In this document: one piece after another, positions 1 through 7,674 of the stretch
Numbering within the stretch: position 1 is the first letter of the stretch
Layout of the letters: each line of letters begins with the position of its first letter
Source: Minisyncoccota bacterium
Lineage (GTDB): Bacteria; Patescibacteriota; Minisyncoccia; Phycocordibacterales; JAGLOS01
Length of the DNA: 55,864 nucleotides
NCBI GenBank assembly: GCA_023137615.1
Contig: JAGLOS010000002.1
Span: forward strand, 1 to 55,864
Reading direction: 5' to 3'
Position numbers and translations under genes: made by a program
The notes under the pieces: generated by a model
What the model was told of the DNA's origin: nothing
Databases searched by the model: none
Seen by the model: the letters and a program-made list of their open reading frames with translations, nothing else

Positions 1-109
1 AGTTACAACCACAATACTCTGGATTACTTCGTCATTCTTCTCCGCTTCGCTACGTATCATTCCTCGCAATGACGACGATGGTTTAACAAACATAATCACC
101 GTTTCCCTA
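1..109. repeat. Window-truncated copy of dispersed hairpin family A (GTCATTGCGAG...CTCGCAATGAC type): right arm plus conserved tail
   Basis: ACTCTGGATTACTTCG (16-31) and CTCGCAATGACG (63-74) match the right arms at 36781-36815 and 38185-38219. The tail TTAACAAACATAATCACCGTTTCCCTA (83-109) matches 38229-38256. Confidence 0.6.
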
Positions 110-184
110 AAAACTAAAAACTAGAAACTAATGTACGTTTTTCTACAAGCTACAAGCTGTAAGCTAAAACCTAACCCCTAACTA
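107..184 (+). repeat. Two blocks of degenerate 7-nt periodic repeats (CTAAAAA/CTAGAAA; CTACAAG/CTGTAAG/CTAAAAC/CTAACCC/CTAACTA)
   Basis: Read in register, block 1 is 107-131 and block 2 is 143-184. The same family occurs at 42291-42325, 43408-43463 and, reverse-complemented, at 47526-47565. Confidence 0.7.
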
Positions 185-247
185 AACATGTGAATAAGTG
201 TTGTTTTTTTCGTTCAGTTTATAGACAATAGGTGGTACAATAACAAC

Positions 248-778
248 ATGGCTTTTGTTGATCCAAAAGGTAATATTGCTCAACTGGGGAAAATTGAGGG
301 TTTGCAAGTAGCTGACTTTGGTGCGGGCACAGGTGTATACACTATGTTGCTTGCGCAAAAAGTGGGTGATACGGGACGAGTATATGCCATTGAGGTACAA
401 AAGGATTTCTTATCTCGAATACGAGATGCGGCACAAGATACCGATCTTACAAATATTGAAGTTTTGTGGGGTGATATCGAGCGTCTTGGTGCGACAAAGC
501 TGTCGGATAATTCTATTGATATTGTTGTTCTTGCTAATGTATTTTTCCAAGTAGACGACAAGCGTGAGACACTTGAGGAAGTGAAGCGCGTGCTTGTGCC
601 GCAAGGACGCGTTCTTTTTGTTGATTGGAAGGATTCGTATGGGGGTATTGGTCCGCAGCAAGACATGATCGTAAAGCCGGATAGTGTCCGGCAGGTCTTT
701 GACGAAAGTGGATTTTCATTACAAAAGAGCATCGAAACAGGTGACCAGCATTATGGTTTTATTTTTATGAAAAAGTAA
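248..778 (+). CDS. Class I SAM-dependent methyltransferase
   Basis: 176-aa ORF with the glycine-rich SAM motif VADFGAGTGVYT and the later motif VLFVDW. It is a clear paralog of the ORF at 40004-40540. Confidence 0.8.
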   Translation: MAFVDPKGNIAQLGKIEGLQVADFGAGTGVYTMLLAQKVGDTGRVYAIEVQKDFLSRIRDAAQDTDLTNIEVLWGDIERLGATKLSDNSIDIVVLANVFFQVDDKRETLEEVKRVLVPQGRVLFVDWKDSYGGIGPQQDMIVKPDSVRQVFDESGFSLQKSIETGDQHYGFIFMKK

Positions 779-793
779 TTTTATATAAGTACT

Positions 794-2134
794 ATGAAAG
801 AAACGAATACATTCCAGCTCATACTCCTCGGTGTTTTTGGTTTTTTTATTATTATCGGAGTGATGTATTTTGCGGGCGGGGGCGGGCTTGAGCAAGATGA
901 AGACGAAATAAACTACGGGACGATCACTGTATGGGGGTTTATTTCAGAGCGTGATTTTTCTGATATATTCAGTGAGCTGGATTTCACGATGGAAATAGAA
1001 TATGTCCAAAAGCCGGAGGAGACTCTGCTCCGCGAAATGGAAAAAGCGCTGGCAAAATCAAAAGGTCCGGATGTGATCATTATGCCGCCGGGACAGTTCA
1101 TTAGTTTTAGAGAATATCTTTTGCCTCTTCCGGAGACGTATATTACGAATCGAGATTTCTCTGATCTTTTTGTCGAACAAGCAGAGGCGTATATTGGAGA
1201 AGAGGGTATATATGCTATGCCACTTGTGATCGATCCGATGGTTATGTACTGGAATAGAAGCATTTTTAATTCAAATGGAGTGAGTCGGGTGCCATCGGTG
1301 TGGGATGAGTTCAAAACCCTTACTCCTAAGATGACCATCGTTGAAGGCGGTACTACAATAACCCGAAGTACACTGCCAATGGGTGAATTTGTGAATGTTA
1401 CTCATGCGAAAGATATCTTGTCGATGCTTATTATGCAGTCCGGCGCACCTATCGTGTCCTCAGACCGTGGTGTTTTAGAGGTGGATGTGAATTCTCCAAT
1501 AGATGGGATATATCCGGGTGTAACCGCTTTTGATTTTTATACGGAGTTCTCAAATCAGAAATTACCAACATACAACTGGAATCGTTCACTTCCGTCGTCG
1601 GTAGAGATGTTTGCCGGGAATAATAGCGCGGTGTATCTGGGGTATGCAAGCGAAGCTGCTGACATAAAGCGTCAAAATCCACATCTTAATTTTGATGTGG
1701 CAATGGTGCCGCAGAAGCGTGATACGAACAACAAGATCACATATGGGAGGATGAGCGGTGCGGGTGTGTTGATAAATAGTAACAACAAACAAGGTGCGGC
1801 GAAATTTGTGAGTGTCTTATCAGGCAAGAGCAGTGACCCAAATAAACTTACATATTCTCTTTTGTTATCAGAAACACTCCATCTTCCCCCGACGCATCGA
1901 CTTCTTCTGAACAACAAACCAAATGATGCTTTTATGTCAGTATTTTATGATTCGGCGAGTATTAGCAAATCGTGGCCGGACCCATCACCGGGGGAAACAA
2001 ATATCATATTTAGCGAAGCTATTGACACAGTGGTCTCCGACCGTTTCTCGACCGACGTGGTGGTCAGTGGATTGGAGAGGCAGCTTGATAGTATAATCAG
2101 TGAGTTTATCAGAAGTAGCACGGTTGAAGAATAA
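794..2134 (+). CDS. Membrane-anchored extracellular solute-binding-like protein (ABC family-1 SBP fold, tentative)
   Basis: 446-aa ORF with an N-terminal TM helix. Segments GPDVIIMPPGQF, YAMPLVIDPMVMYWNRSIF and VPSVWDEF resemble sugar-type SBPs. No permease or ATPase is adjacent. Confidence 0.55.
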   Translation: MKETNTFQLILLGVFGFFIIIGVMYFAGGGGLEQDEDEINYGTITVWGFISERDFSDIFSELDFTMEIEYVQKPEETLLREMEKALAKSKGPDVIIMPPGQFISFREYLLPLPETYITNRDFSDLFVEQAEAYIGEEGIYAMPLVIDPMVMYWNRSIFNSNGVSRVPSVWDEFKTLTPKMTIVEGGTTITRSTLPMGEFVNVTHAKDILSMLIMQSGAPIVSSDRGVLEVDVNSPIDGIYPGVTAFDFYTEFSNQKLPTYNWNRSLPSSVEMFAGNNSAVYLGYASEAADIKRQNPHLNFDVAMVPQKRDTNNKITYGRMSGAGVLINSNNKQGAAKFVSVLSGKSSDPNKLTYSLLLSETLHLPPTHRLLLNNKPNDAFMSVFYDSASISKSWPDPSPGETNIIFSEAIDTVVSDRFSTDVVVSGLERQLDSIISEFIRSSTVEE

Positions 2135-2135
2135 T

Positions 2136-2507
2136 ATGAAAATAAAGATAAAAAATATTTTGTACACAATGGCGGCGTTCGTGCTTTTTTTACCATATTA
2201 CTCTTCTGCGGCAGATGAGGGATTGGTACCATGTACCGGAGCAGATTGTCATATCAGCGATCTTGGTGAATTGGTGAACAGGATCATTACATTTCTTATT
2301 GCAATTTCCTTTCCTCTTGCGGCGGTAATGTTTGCAATTGGTGGTTTTATGCTTATGTTCTCAGGAGGAAATCAGGGTAAAATAGACACTGCAAAATCTT
2401 TAATGAAGTCATCGGTGTTGGGTCTTTTGCTTATTTTGTTCGCATATCTTATTATAAAGACACTTCTCGGTGTTCTTGGTTTGGGGGGAGAGTATTCTTG
2501 GCTTTAG
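2136..2507 (+). CDS. TrbC/VirB2-like (T4SS-type) pilin paralog P1
   Basis: I chose the ATG at 2136, 1 nt after the upstream stop, over the 2100 start. It has a signal peptide ending SSAA and two TM helices flanking the short loop SGGNQGK. A strong terminator follows. Confidence 0.65.
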   Translation: MKIKIKNILYTMAAFVLFLPYYSSAADEGLVPCTGADCHISDLGELVNRIITFLIAISFPLAAVMFAIGGFMLMFSGGNQGKIDTAKSLMKSSVLGLLLILFAYLIIKTLLGVLGLGGEYSWL

Positions 2508-2531
2508 TATAGAAAGAAAAACAGTATAGAA

Positions 2532-2577
2532 AAAACAGCTCAGTATGGTCATAAATGATCATACTGAGCTGTTTTTG
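2532..2577 (+). terminator. Rho-independent terminator
   Basis: Perfect 16-bp stem AAAACAGCTCAGTATG (2532-2547) / CATACTGAGCTGTTTT (2560-2575), ending in a T-run. Confidence 0.8.
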
Positions 2578-2604
2578 GTGGAAGACATGTCTTTCACTAC
2601 GAGG

Positions 2605-2633
2605 TTGACAAAGTGTCAAGAATGTGCTTAACT
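2605..2633 (+). promoter_or_regulatory. Candidate sigma70-like promoter (TTGACA, 17 nt, TTAACT)
   Basis: TTGACA at 2605-2610, then a 17-nt spacer and TTAACT. It would give a leader of about 170 nt before the ATG at 2808. Confidence 0.3.
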
Positions 2634-2807
2634 TATAGGTAGAAATTTACATTAACAATTAATTTATAACGCGTATATGCAACACGTAATTTTCTTATGT
2701 AGAGCAGCGCGTTATGGTTAATTACGTGCAGTCGATGTTCTACTAGTTGGTAAAACGCTCGACCGGCGCGTTTAAGCTCGGTCTTTAATAATTTAATATT
2801 TAGTCTT

Positions 2808-4058
2808 ATGGAAAAAGAATCAATTTTTAAGATCCTGTGGGAGAAAGTTTCAAAAAAGAAACCTGTATGTTTTCTTGGTCTTCTAAAAAAGAAGTGGAAA
2901 GCATTGGTTTCTTGGCTACGGCTCAAAAAGATAAAAAATGATGATGATGTAAAAACAAAAGAATGGATTCGTCCCATTGCTCATGTGATTATGGCGAGTT
3001 TGTATGCTTTAGTGGTTTCAATTGTTTTGACAATTTTATTGTTTGTCTTCTTTGATCCAAAATGGTGGCAAGCACTGCTCTATGTAATTGCATTTGCAAT
3101 TCTTGGAGTAGGTGTTTATGTCGCTCATTGGCTTTCGTCTCTTACTGAGACATTGCCGAATAACTGGCGAGCAAGAACTATCTTTGGATGGTCTGTCGGT
3201 TATCAAGGAGAAGGAGTCGGATTCCTTATTCCTTGGGTGGAGAGATTCGAACCACCTATTCTACCGGACACAGACGGCAAAGCAACCTTTCATACTAAGC
3301 TGCTTATAATACAAATGTATTCTGAACAGTTTGGAAATGAAGGAAAAAAAGGAATCTTATCAAGACAAATGGCAGACCTTGAGACGGAGGACGCCTATGG
3401 TGTCGGTATAGACGCCGGTATTTATGGAAGTATCGGCGGGTCTGCAAAAACAGATAAAGAAAGATTTGAAGCATTCCACAAAGCTGTTTTTGTTACCGGA
3501 GATAAGTTTATCCATCGTATAGAGGATGTGTCGGAAGGACACCTTCGAACTTGCTACTCTCAGTTAAAGCTTAAAAAAGCTTTAACTCTGGGAGGAGAAA
3601 AACTCTGGGAGGATAAGAAGTTCCTTAAAACAAGAGAGGAGACCCAAGATGCCTATGAGGACACTGGTTTTGCGGTTAGAGATGCAAAAGGATTTGTGGT
3701 AAAAGGACTTGCTGTTCCCAAAATTATTTTGGATGCAAACCAGCAAAGTAAAGCTGACGGTATCCGAGGGGAAGGCGAGCACTTAAGAGCTCAAAAGGGT
3801 CTTATCCGGATTCTTGATGAACTAAAAAAGAAAGGTCATTCCGGAGATTATTACCTTATCAAGGAATACACAGAGACAATGTCTGACATGAACGATGCTA
3901 CTTTCTTCTTGAGTGGATTACCTGGTGTGAATTCCCGCTCTGGTGATGGATTGGATTCTCAAAAAACGAATCCGATGGTGCCGCAGCCGGTTCTTGATTT
4001 ATCATCAAAGAAAAAGAAATCGGAGAAATCTGTTTCAGAAGAAGCGAAACAGGATTAG
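2808..4058 (+). CDS. Membrane protein, possibly a divergent SPFH/band-7-like domain
   Basis: 416-aa ORF with a basic N-terminus and two TM helices. GFLIPWVERFEPP resembles the SPFH entry motif. The C-terminus is K/E-rich. Product assignment is weak. Confidence 0.55.
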   Translation: MEKESIFKILWEKVSKKKPVCFLGLLKKKWKALVSWLRLKKIKNDDDVKTKEWIRPIAHVIMASLYALVVSIVLTILLFVFFDPKWWQALLYVIAFAILGVGVYVAHWLSSLTETLPNNWRARTIFGWSVGYQGEGVGFLIPWVERFEPPILPDTDGKATFHTKLLIIQMYSEQFGNEGKKGILSRQMADLETEDAYGVGIDAGIYGSIGGSAKTDKERFEAFHKAVFVTGDKFIHRIEDVSEGHLRTCYSQLKLKKALTLGGEKLWEDKKFLKTREETQDAYEDTGFAVRDAKGFVVKGLAVPKIILDANQQSKADGIRGEGEHLRAQKGLIRILDELKKKGHSGDYYLIKEYTETMSDMNDATFFLSGLPGVNSRSGDGLDSQKTNPMVPQPVLDLSSKKKKSEKSVSEEAKQD

Positions 4059-4080
4059 TAACTAATCATATATTAAAAAT

Positions 4081-4791
4081 ATGAAGAATTTTATTTTTGA
4101 TGTGGTTAGTGCGAGTACTGTAACCACATCAACAGAAGTTGTCTCAGAGGGGGTGAGCATTCTTCCTGTGGGGATCATTATCCTTGTTTCGATTGTTGTT
4201 CCAGTCGTTGCTTTATTGTTCGCTGTGGTGCGAATAAAAAACAGCCGTGAAGAAAGTGCATCGGCTCAAACCGACTCTTCTGATGACAAAAAAGAGGAAG
4301 AAGAAGTTGTCGTCAAAACCAAGAGAGACTGGTCTTTCATTTGGACCGGCTTAGCAATTCTTTTTTGGGTGTCTGTGGCTTCCGTTATCTTGTGGTTCGC
4401 CGTTCAGTGGATAGTTTCTCTGAGTGATGATCCTGTCGTGATACAGCCCGTAGCTGTTGCGGCTCCACCCATTTCAGGGATAGATAGGTATTACTTTTTC
4501 TGTTTTGAGGGAGGTGGCTATAGTCGGACATGTTCCGACAGAGAAGGCAACAAATTTATGGTCACTGTGGAACATTATGTTCCGGGAGAAGTCCTCAACT
4601 TCGTGGTTTCTGGAAACACTTATACTAGATATACAAGTGATACAAACTCCTCGACAAGGGGTCTGTATAAACAGGGATCAACTGAAGGAGTTTGGACTCT
4701 TTCTTTTGAAGATGGTGGTGCCGTTGGTACTGCCGTAGAGACTAAAGGAGATGTGGGGGAAAGATATGAAATTTTTCTCCTACCTCTATAA
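4081..4791 (+). CDS. Hypothetical membrane protein with a beta-rich C-terminal ectodomain
   Basis: 236-aa ORF with two predicted TM helices, an acidic linker (DDKKEEEE) and a terminator directly downstream. I recognise no motif. Confidence 0.6.
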   Translation: MKNFIFDVVSASTVTTSTEVVSEGVSILPVGIIILVSIVVPVVALLFAVVRIKNSREESASAQTDSSDDKKEEEEVVVKTKRDWSFIWTGLAILFWVSVASVILWFAVQWIVSLSDDPVVIQPVAVAAPPISGIDRYYFFCFEGGGYSRTCSDREGNKFMVTVEHYVPGEVLNFVVSGNTYTRYTSDTNSSTRGLYKQGSTEGVWTLSFEDGGAVGTAVETKGDVGERYEIFLLPL

Positions 4792-4795
4792 ACAC

Positions 4796-4829
4796 AAAGG
4801 AGGTTGCGTATGCAACCTCCTTTTGTTTG
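4796..4829 (+). terminator. Rho-independent terminator
   Basis: 12-bp stem AAAGGAGGTTGC / GCAACCTCCTTT with loop GTAT, followed by a T-rich tail. Confidence 0.8.
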
Positions 4830-4894
4830 TGTGGACAAAATAAGTGGGAAAAAATACCGGTGTGGTGTATTATAAAGATATAATTAAAAAACTT

Positions 4895-5260
4895 ATGTTA
4901 TTAAAAAGATACAAAAAAATAGTAAAAACATTGTCCGCACTTGCTCTAGTTGTGCCTTTTGGGGTTTTTGCAGCGCCGGCGGATGTGGGCACAGGAGAAA
5001 TAAAGAATCCGATCGGGGATGCGACCTTTAATTCCATTTTGACAAACCTTTTAAATATATTAGTGGCGCTTGGTGCTATTGTGCTTGCTATAATGATCGT
5101 GTACACTGGCTTTCTTTTTGTACGCTCTGGTGGAAATGAAGAACGGCTCAAAGAGGCAAAAAATTCACTTACTTATGTGATAATAGGTGGTGCAATTATT
5201 CTCGGAGCTCTTGGTATACAGGAAGTGATCAAAGACACAGTAGATATCATTACCAGTTAG
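4895..5260 (+). CDS. TrbC/VirB2-like pilin paralog P2
   Basis: I prefer the internal ATG at 4895 (MLLKRYKK...) to the GTG at 4844. It has a signal peptide (VFAAPA), two TM helices and the loop RSGGNEERLKEAK. It is closest to P1. Confidence 0.65.
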   Translation: MLLKRYKKIVKTLSALALVVPFGVFAAPADVGTGEIKNPIGDATFNSILTNLLNILVALGAIVLAIMIVYTGFLFVRSGGNEERLKEAKNSLTYVIIGGAIILGALGIQEVIKDTVDIITS

Positions 5261-5313
5261 ACTGTTTAGATCATATCGTGTTACAAAATATAAACAAAAG
5301 AATCAAAAAAAAT

Positions 5314-5646
5314 ATGCTGATCGGATCTGTTGTCGGTAGTTTGACATCAATTATGCCATTACAGGCACTTGCCGCGGCATCGATCTGGTGTGACTCTGCA
5401 GGGGATTGTTCGTTTAAGATATTTGTTGGCGGAGTTATCGATAGTATATTAAAACCGATCGTTCCGATCATTGTAGGGCTTACTGTTGTAATGTTCTTGT
5501 GGGGTTCGACACAATATCTCACGCACGGAGAAGATCCTGAACAAAGATCAGAAGGGAAAAGGAAGATGCTCTTGGGGATCATTGCTCTTGCAATGATGGT
5601 AAGCTTTTGGGGATTTGCAAAATTGCTTAAAACAACATTCTTTTAA
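5314..5646 (+). CDS. TrbC/VirB2-like pilin paralog P3
   Basis: I prefer the ATG at 5314 to the GTG at 5278. It has a signal peptide (ALAAAS) and the core IVPIIVGLTVVMFLWG...GEDPEQRSEG...WGF shared with P4-P7. Confidence 0.6.
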   Translation: MLIGSVVGSLTSIMPLQALAAASIWCDSAGDCSFKIFVGGVIDSILKPIVPIIVGLTVVMFLWGSTQYLTHGEDPEQRSEGKRKMLLGIIALAMMVSFWGFAKLLKTTFF

Positions 5647-5650
5647 ATAT

Positions 5651-6022
5651 ATGACAAAAATAAAAAAAGCGGCAGTTTTCATTACTTTGGTAGCTTTTCC
5701 AAGTATTTTATTTGCAGCAGATCCTCCTGCAAATGATTTTGCTATATTTCTTGGTACTTTCAAAGAAATATTAATGAAGCTCGTACCGATAATCGTGTCC
5801 ATTGCCGTTGTTGTCTTTTTGGTTGGGGTTACCAAATTTATTCGCTCCGCGGACCAACCTCAAGAAAGGGAACAGGGAAGACATCTTATTGTCTATGGCA
5901 TTGTTACTCTTTTCGTAATGCTGTCTATGTGGGGTCTGGTTGCTTTTATTGTAAATACTTTTTTTGGCAACGTGACCGATTATGAGCTCAAGAATAGTGA
6001 TGTTCCGGTATTAACGCAATAG
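5651..6022 (+). CDS. TrbC/VirB2-like pilin paralog P4
   Basis: I chose the ATG at 5651 (MTKIKKAAVF...), which avoids overlap with P3. It has a signal peptide (LFAADP) and the core LVPIIVSIAVVVFLVG...ADQPQEREQGRHLIVYGIV...WG. Confidence 0.65.
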   Translation: MTKIKKAAVFITLVAFPSILFAADPPANDFAIFLGTFKEILMKLVPIIVSIAVVVFLVGVTKFIRSADQPQEREQGRHLIVYGIVTLFVMLSMWGLVAFIVNTFFGNVTDYELKNSDVPVLTQ

Positions 6023-6037
6023 AAGATCAGATAAATT

Positions 6038-6412
6038 ATGAAAAGTAAAATTATTGGATGGTTTATGTGCGGGATAGCAGTTTGCTGTATGTTAGTGAAT
6101 AAGGCATCAGCAGCAAGCAGTGATATTCTAGATCTTGAAGATAGTGTTTTGGAATTACTGGGGTCTATTGTCCCTATTATTATTGGGATAGCTGTCGTTT
6201 TCTTTTTGTGGGCCGGTGTCAGGTTCATGAGGGCAGAGGATAACTCCGAAGAGCGTCAGAATGCGCGAGATTTAATGATCTACGGTATTGTCGGTATTCT
6301 TGTTATGGTGTCATTGTGGGGGATTATTCAATTCTTTGGAAATGTGCTTGGTATTACACCGGGTAGCGACAAAAATCTGGACACATTTAAGGAGATGATC
6401 ATAAGCGAGTAA
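6038..6412 (+). CDS. TrbC/VirB2-like pilin paralog P5
   Basis: 124 aa with a signal peptide (ASAASS) and the core IVPIIIGIAVVFFLWAG...AEDNSEERQNARDLMIYGIVG...WGI. Confidence 0.65.
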   Translation: MKSKIIGWFMCGIAVCCMLVNKASAASSDILDLEDSVLELLGSIVPIIIGIAVVFFLWAGVRFMRAEDNSEERQNARDLMIYGIVGILVMVSLWGIIQFFGNVLGITPGSDKNLDTFKEMIISE

Positions 6413-6544
6413 ACTATATCGGTATATCCACATATTCTATTGCTATATGGTGTTTGTAGTATTATAATTCAGAGTATAGCATTGTCAGGAATATATAATA
6501 AAAACAATGTTTTGTATTATTAATTATTAATAAATTTAAGTAAA

Positions 6545-6910
6545 ATGAAAAAAATAGCATTATTATCAGCAGCAAGTGTGTTCTCACTATTACTTGTTGT
6601 ACCGTTGGTAGCTTTTGGAGCAGCTGATTTTGGTCCAATTGAAAATTTGGTTACCGGAGTGGGCGGGATTGTGACCTTGCTTCCTCCTATTATTATAGGT
6701 ATCGCAGTGGTTTACTTCCTTTGGGGGGTTGTTAAGTTTGTCGGTGCGGGCGACGATGAAGAAAAACGTGGATCAGCAAAACAGATCATTACTTATGGAC
6801 TTATTGGTATTATGGTCATGGTTGCACTCTGGGGAATTATTGATGTTCTAATGAGTATTCTTGGGCTTGATGATGGGGGAGGAGCTCCAGACATAAACCT
6901 TCTTGATTAA
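6545..6910 (+). CDS. TrbC/VirB2-like pilin paralog P6
   Basis: 121 aa with a signal peptide (VAFGAA) and the core PPIIIGIAVVYFLWG...AGDDEEKRGSAKQIITYGLIG...WGI. Confidence 0.65.
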   Translation: MKKIALLSAASVFSLLLVVPLVAFGAADFGPIENLVTGVGGIVTLLPPIIIGIAVVYFLWGVVKFVGAGDDEEKRGSAKQIITYGLIGIMVMVALWGIIDVLMSILGLDDGGGAPDINLLD

Positions 6911-6936
6911 AAGGAAGTTGTTAATATAAACAGACG

Positions 6937-7170
6937 ATGGATTTTATTGACAAAATATATGAAGAAATAGTTAATCCTTTCATATGGCTTATGTTGGCGG
7001 TTGCCGGAGTCTATTTTGTTTGGGGAGTATTTCTTTTCGTTAAAGATTATGATGATGAAGGGGAGAGATCAAATGGTAAACGACATCTTGTGTATGGGAT
7101 AATTGGTTTGGCTGTAATACTCTCTGTGAAAGGTATCATTGCTCTTATAACAGACACTGTTAGTTTATAA
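6937..7170 (+). CDS. Short pilin-core paralog P7 (no signal peptide)
   Basis: 77 aa consisting only of the two-TM core: VYFVWGVFLFVKDYDDEGERSNGKRHLVYGIIG. A terminator follows. Confidence 0.55.
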   Translation: MDFIDKIYEEIVNPFIWLMLAVAGVYFVWGVFLFVKDYDDEGERSNGKRHLVYGIIGLAVILSVKGIIALITDTVSL

Positions 7171-7191
7171 TCCTGACATTAAAACTCATAA

Positions 7192-7221
7192 AAACAAAAA
7201 CCCCGAGAGGGGTTTTTGTTT
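7192..7221 (+). terminator. Rho-independent terminator ending the pilin array
   Basis: Stem AAACAAAAACCCC / GGGGTTTTTGTTT with loop GAGA. Confidence 0.8.
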
Positions 7222-7674
7222 TAGGAAGGGGGAGGACTTGGCGCCGCTTCTAAATTTACACTTCGTGCTTCACACTTGTGTTCATTAAGAGTCCTCGACC
7301 CTGTCGCTCCGCTCCGAATTTTCGTTTCTCAGATTCGGACTTCGTGCGGATTTTTTTCAGGTCCTCTTCCCGGCAGGCACGGGACTTGGTCACGAGTCAC
7401 TAATCCTTTTGTTCGTCCTATTGGACTCCAAAACGCTAAGTGCTCTCCTCCTTACAGGAGCTGTCCACTCATTGGATCTTTTGTTTCGTTTCACTCACAA
7501 AAGCTCTCAATGAGTCTTGCGAAGCTCCAAGTATTCGCTTCTCACCCCGACTCGCAGCCCCTTCTCCTACACTTCGTTACGGAGTGGGGACCCGCTGCTC
7601 CGTCTTTCAAGTCCTCTCCCCGGCAACAAATAAACGGTGATAATGCTACACATTACCACCGTTTATTTGTATTG
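7222..7674 (+). repeat. tRNA-flank repeat module converging on tRNA-Leu(TAG), ending in an inverted copy of that tRNA's 3' end plus a hairpin
   Basis: It contains a T-arm-like fragment (7356-7375 TTCAGGTCCTCTTCCCGGCA) and a structured family copy (7448-7605). A perfect 20-nt copy of the tRNA 3' end sits at 7606-7625, and a 14-bp hairpin at 7626-7639/7657-7670. The ORFs listed here are translations of repeats. Confidence 0.75.

Noticed and set aside
107-184. Telomere-like heptamer repeats (CTAAAAC / GTTTTAG resemble TTTTAGG-type telomeric units).
   Set aside because: The arrays are short, degenerate and internal. They occur in both orientations next to ordinary bacterial genes, and nothing suggests a linear replicon end.
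794-7170. Calling the pilin locus a complete type IV secretion or conjugation system.
   Set aside because: No VirB4, VirD4, VirB6, relaxase or lytic transglycosylase genes are present in the locus. Only the pilin-like subunits and unknown membrane proteins are visible.
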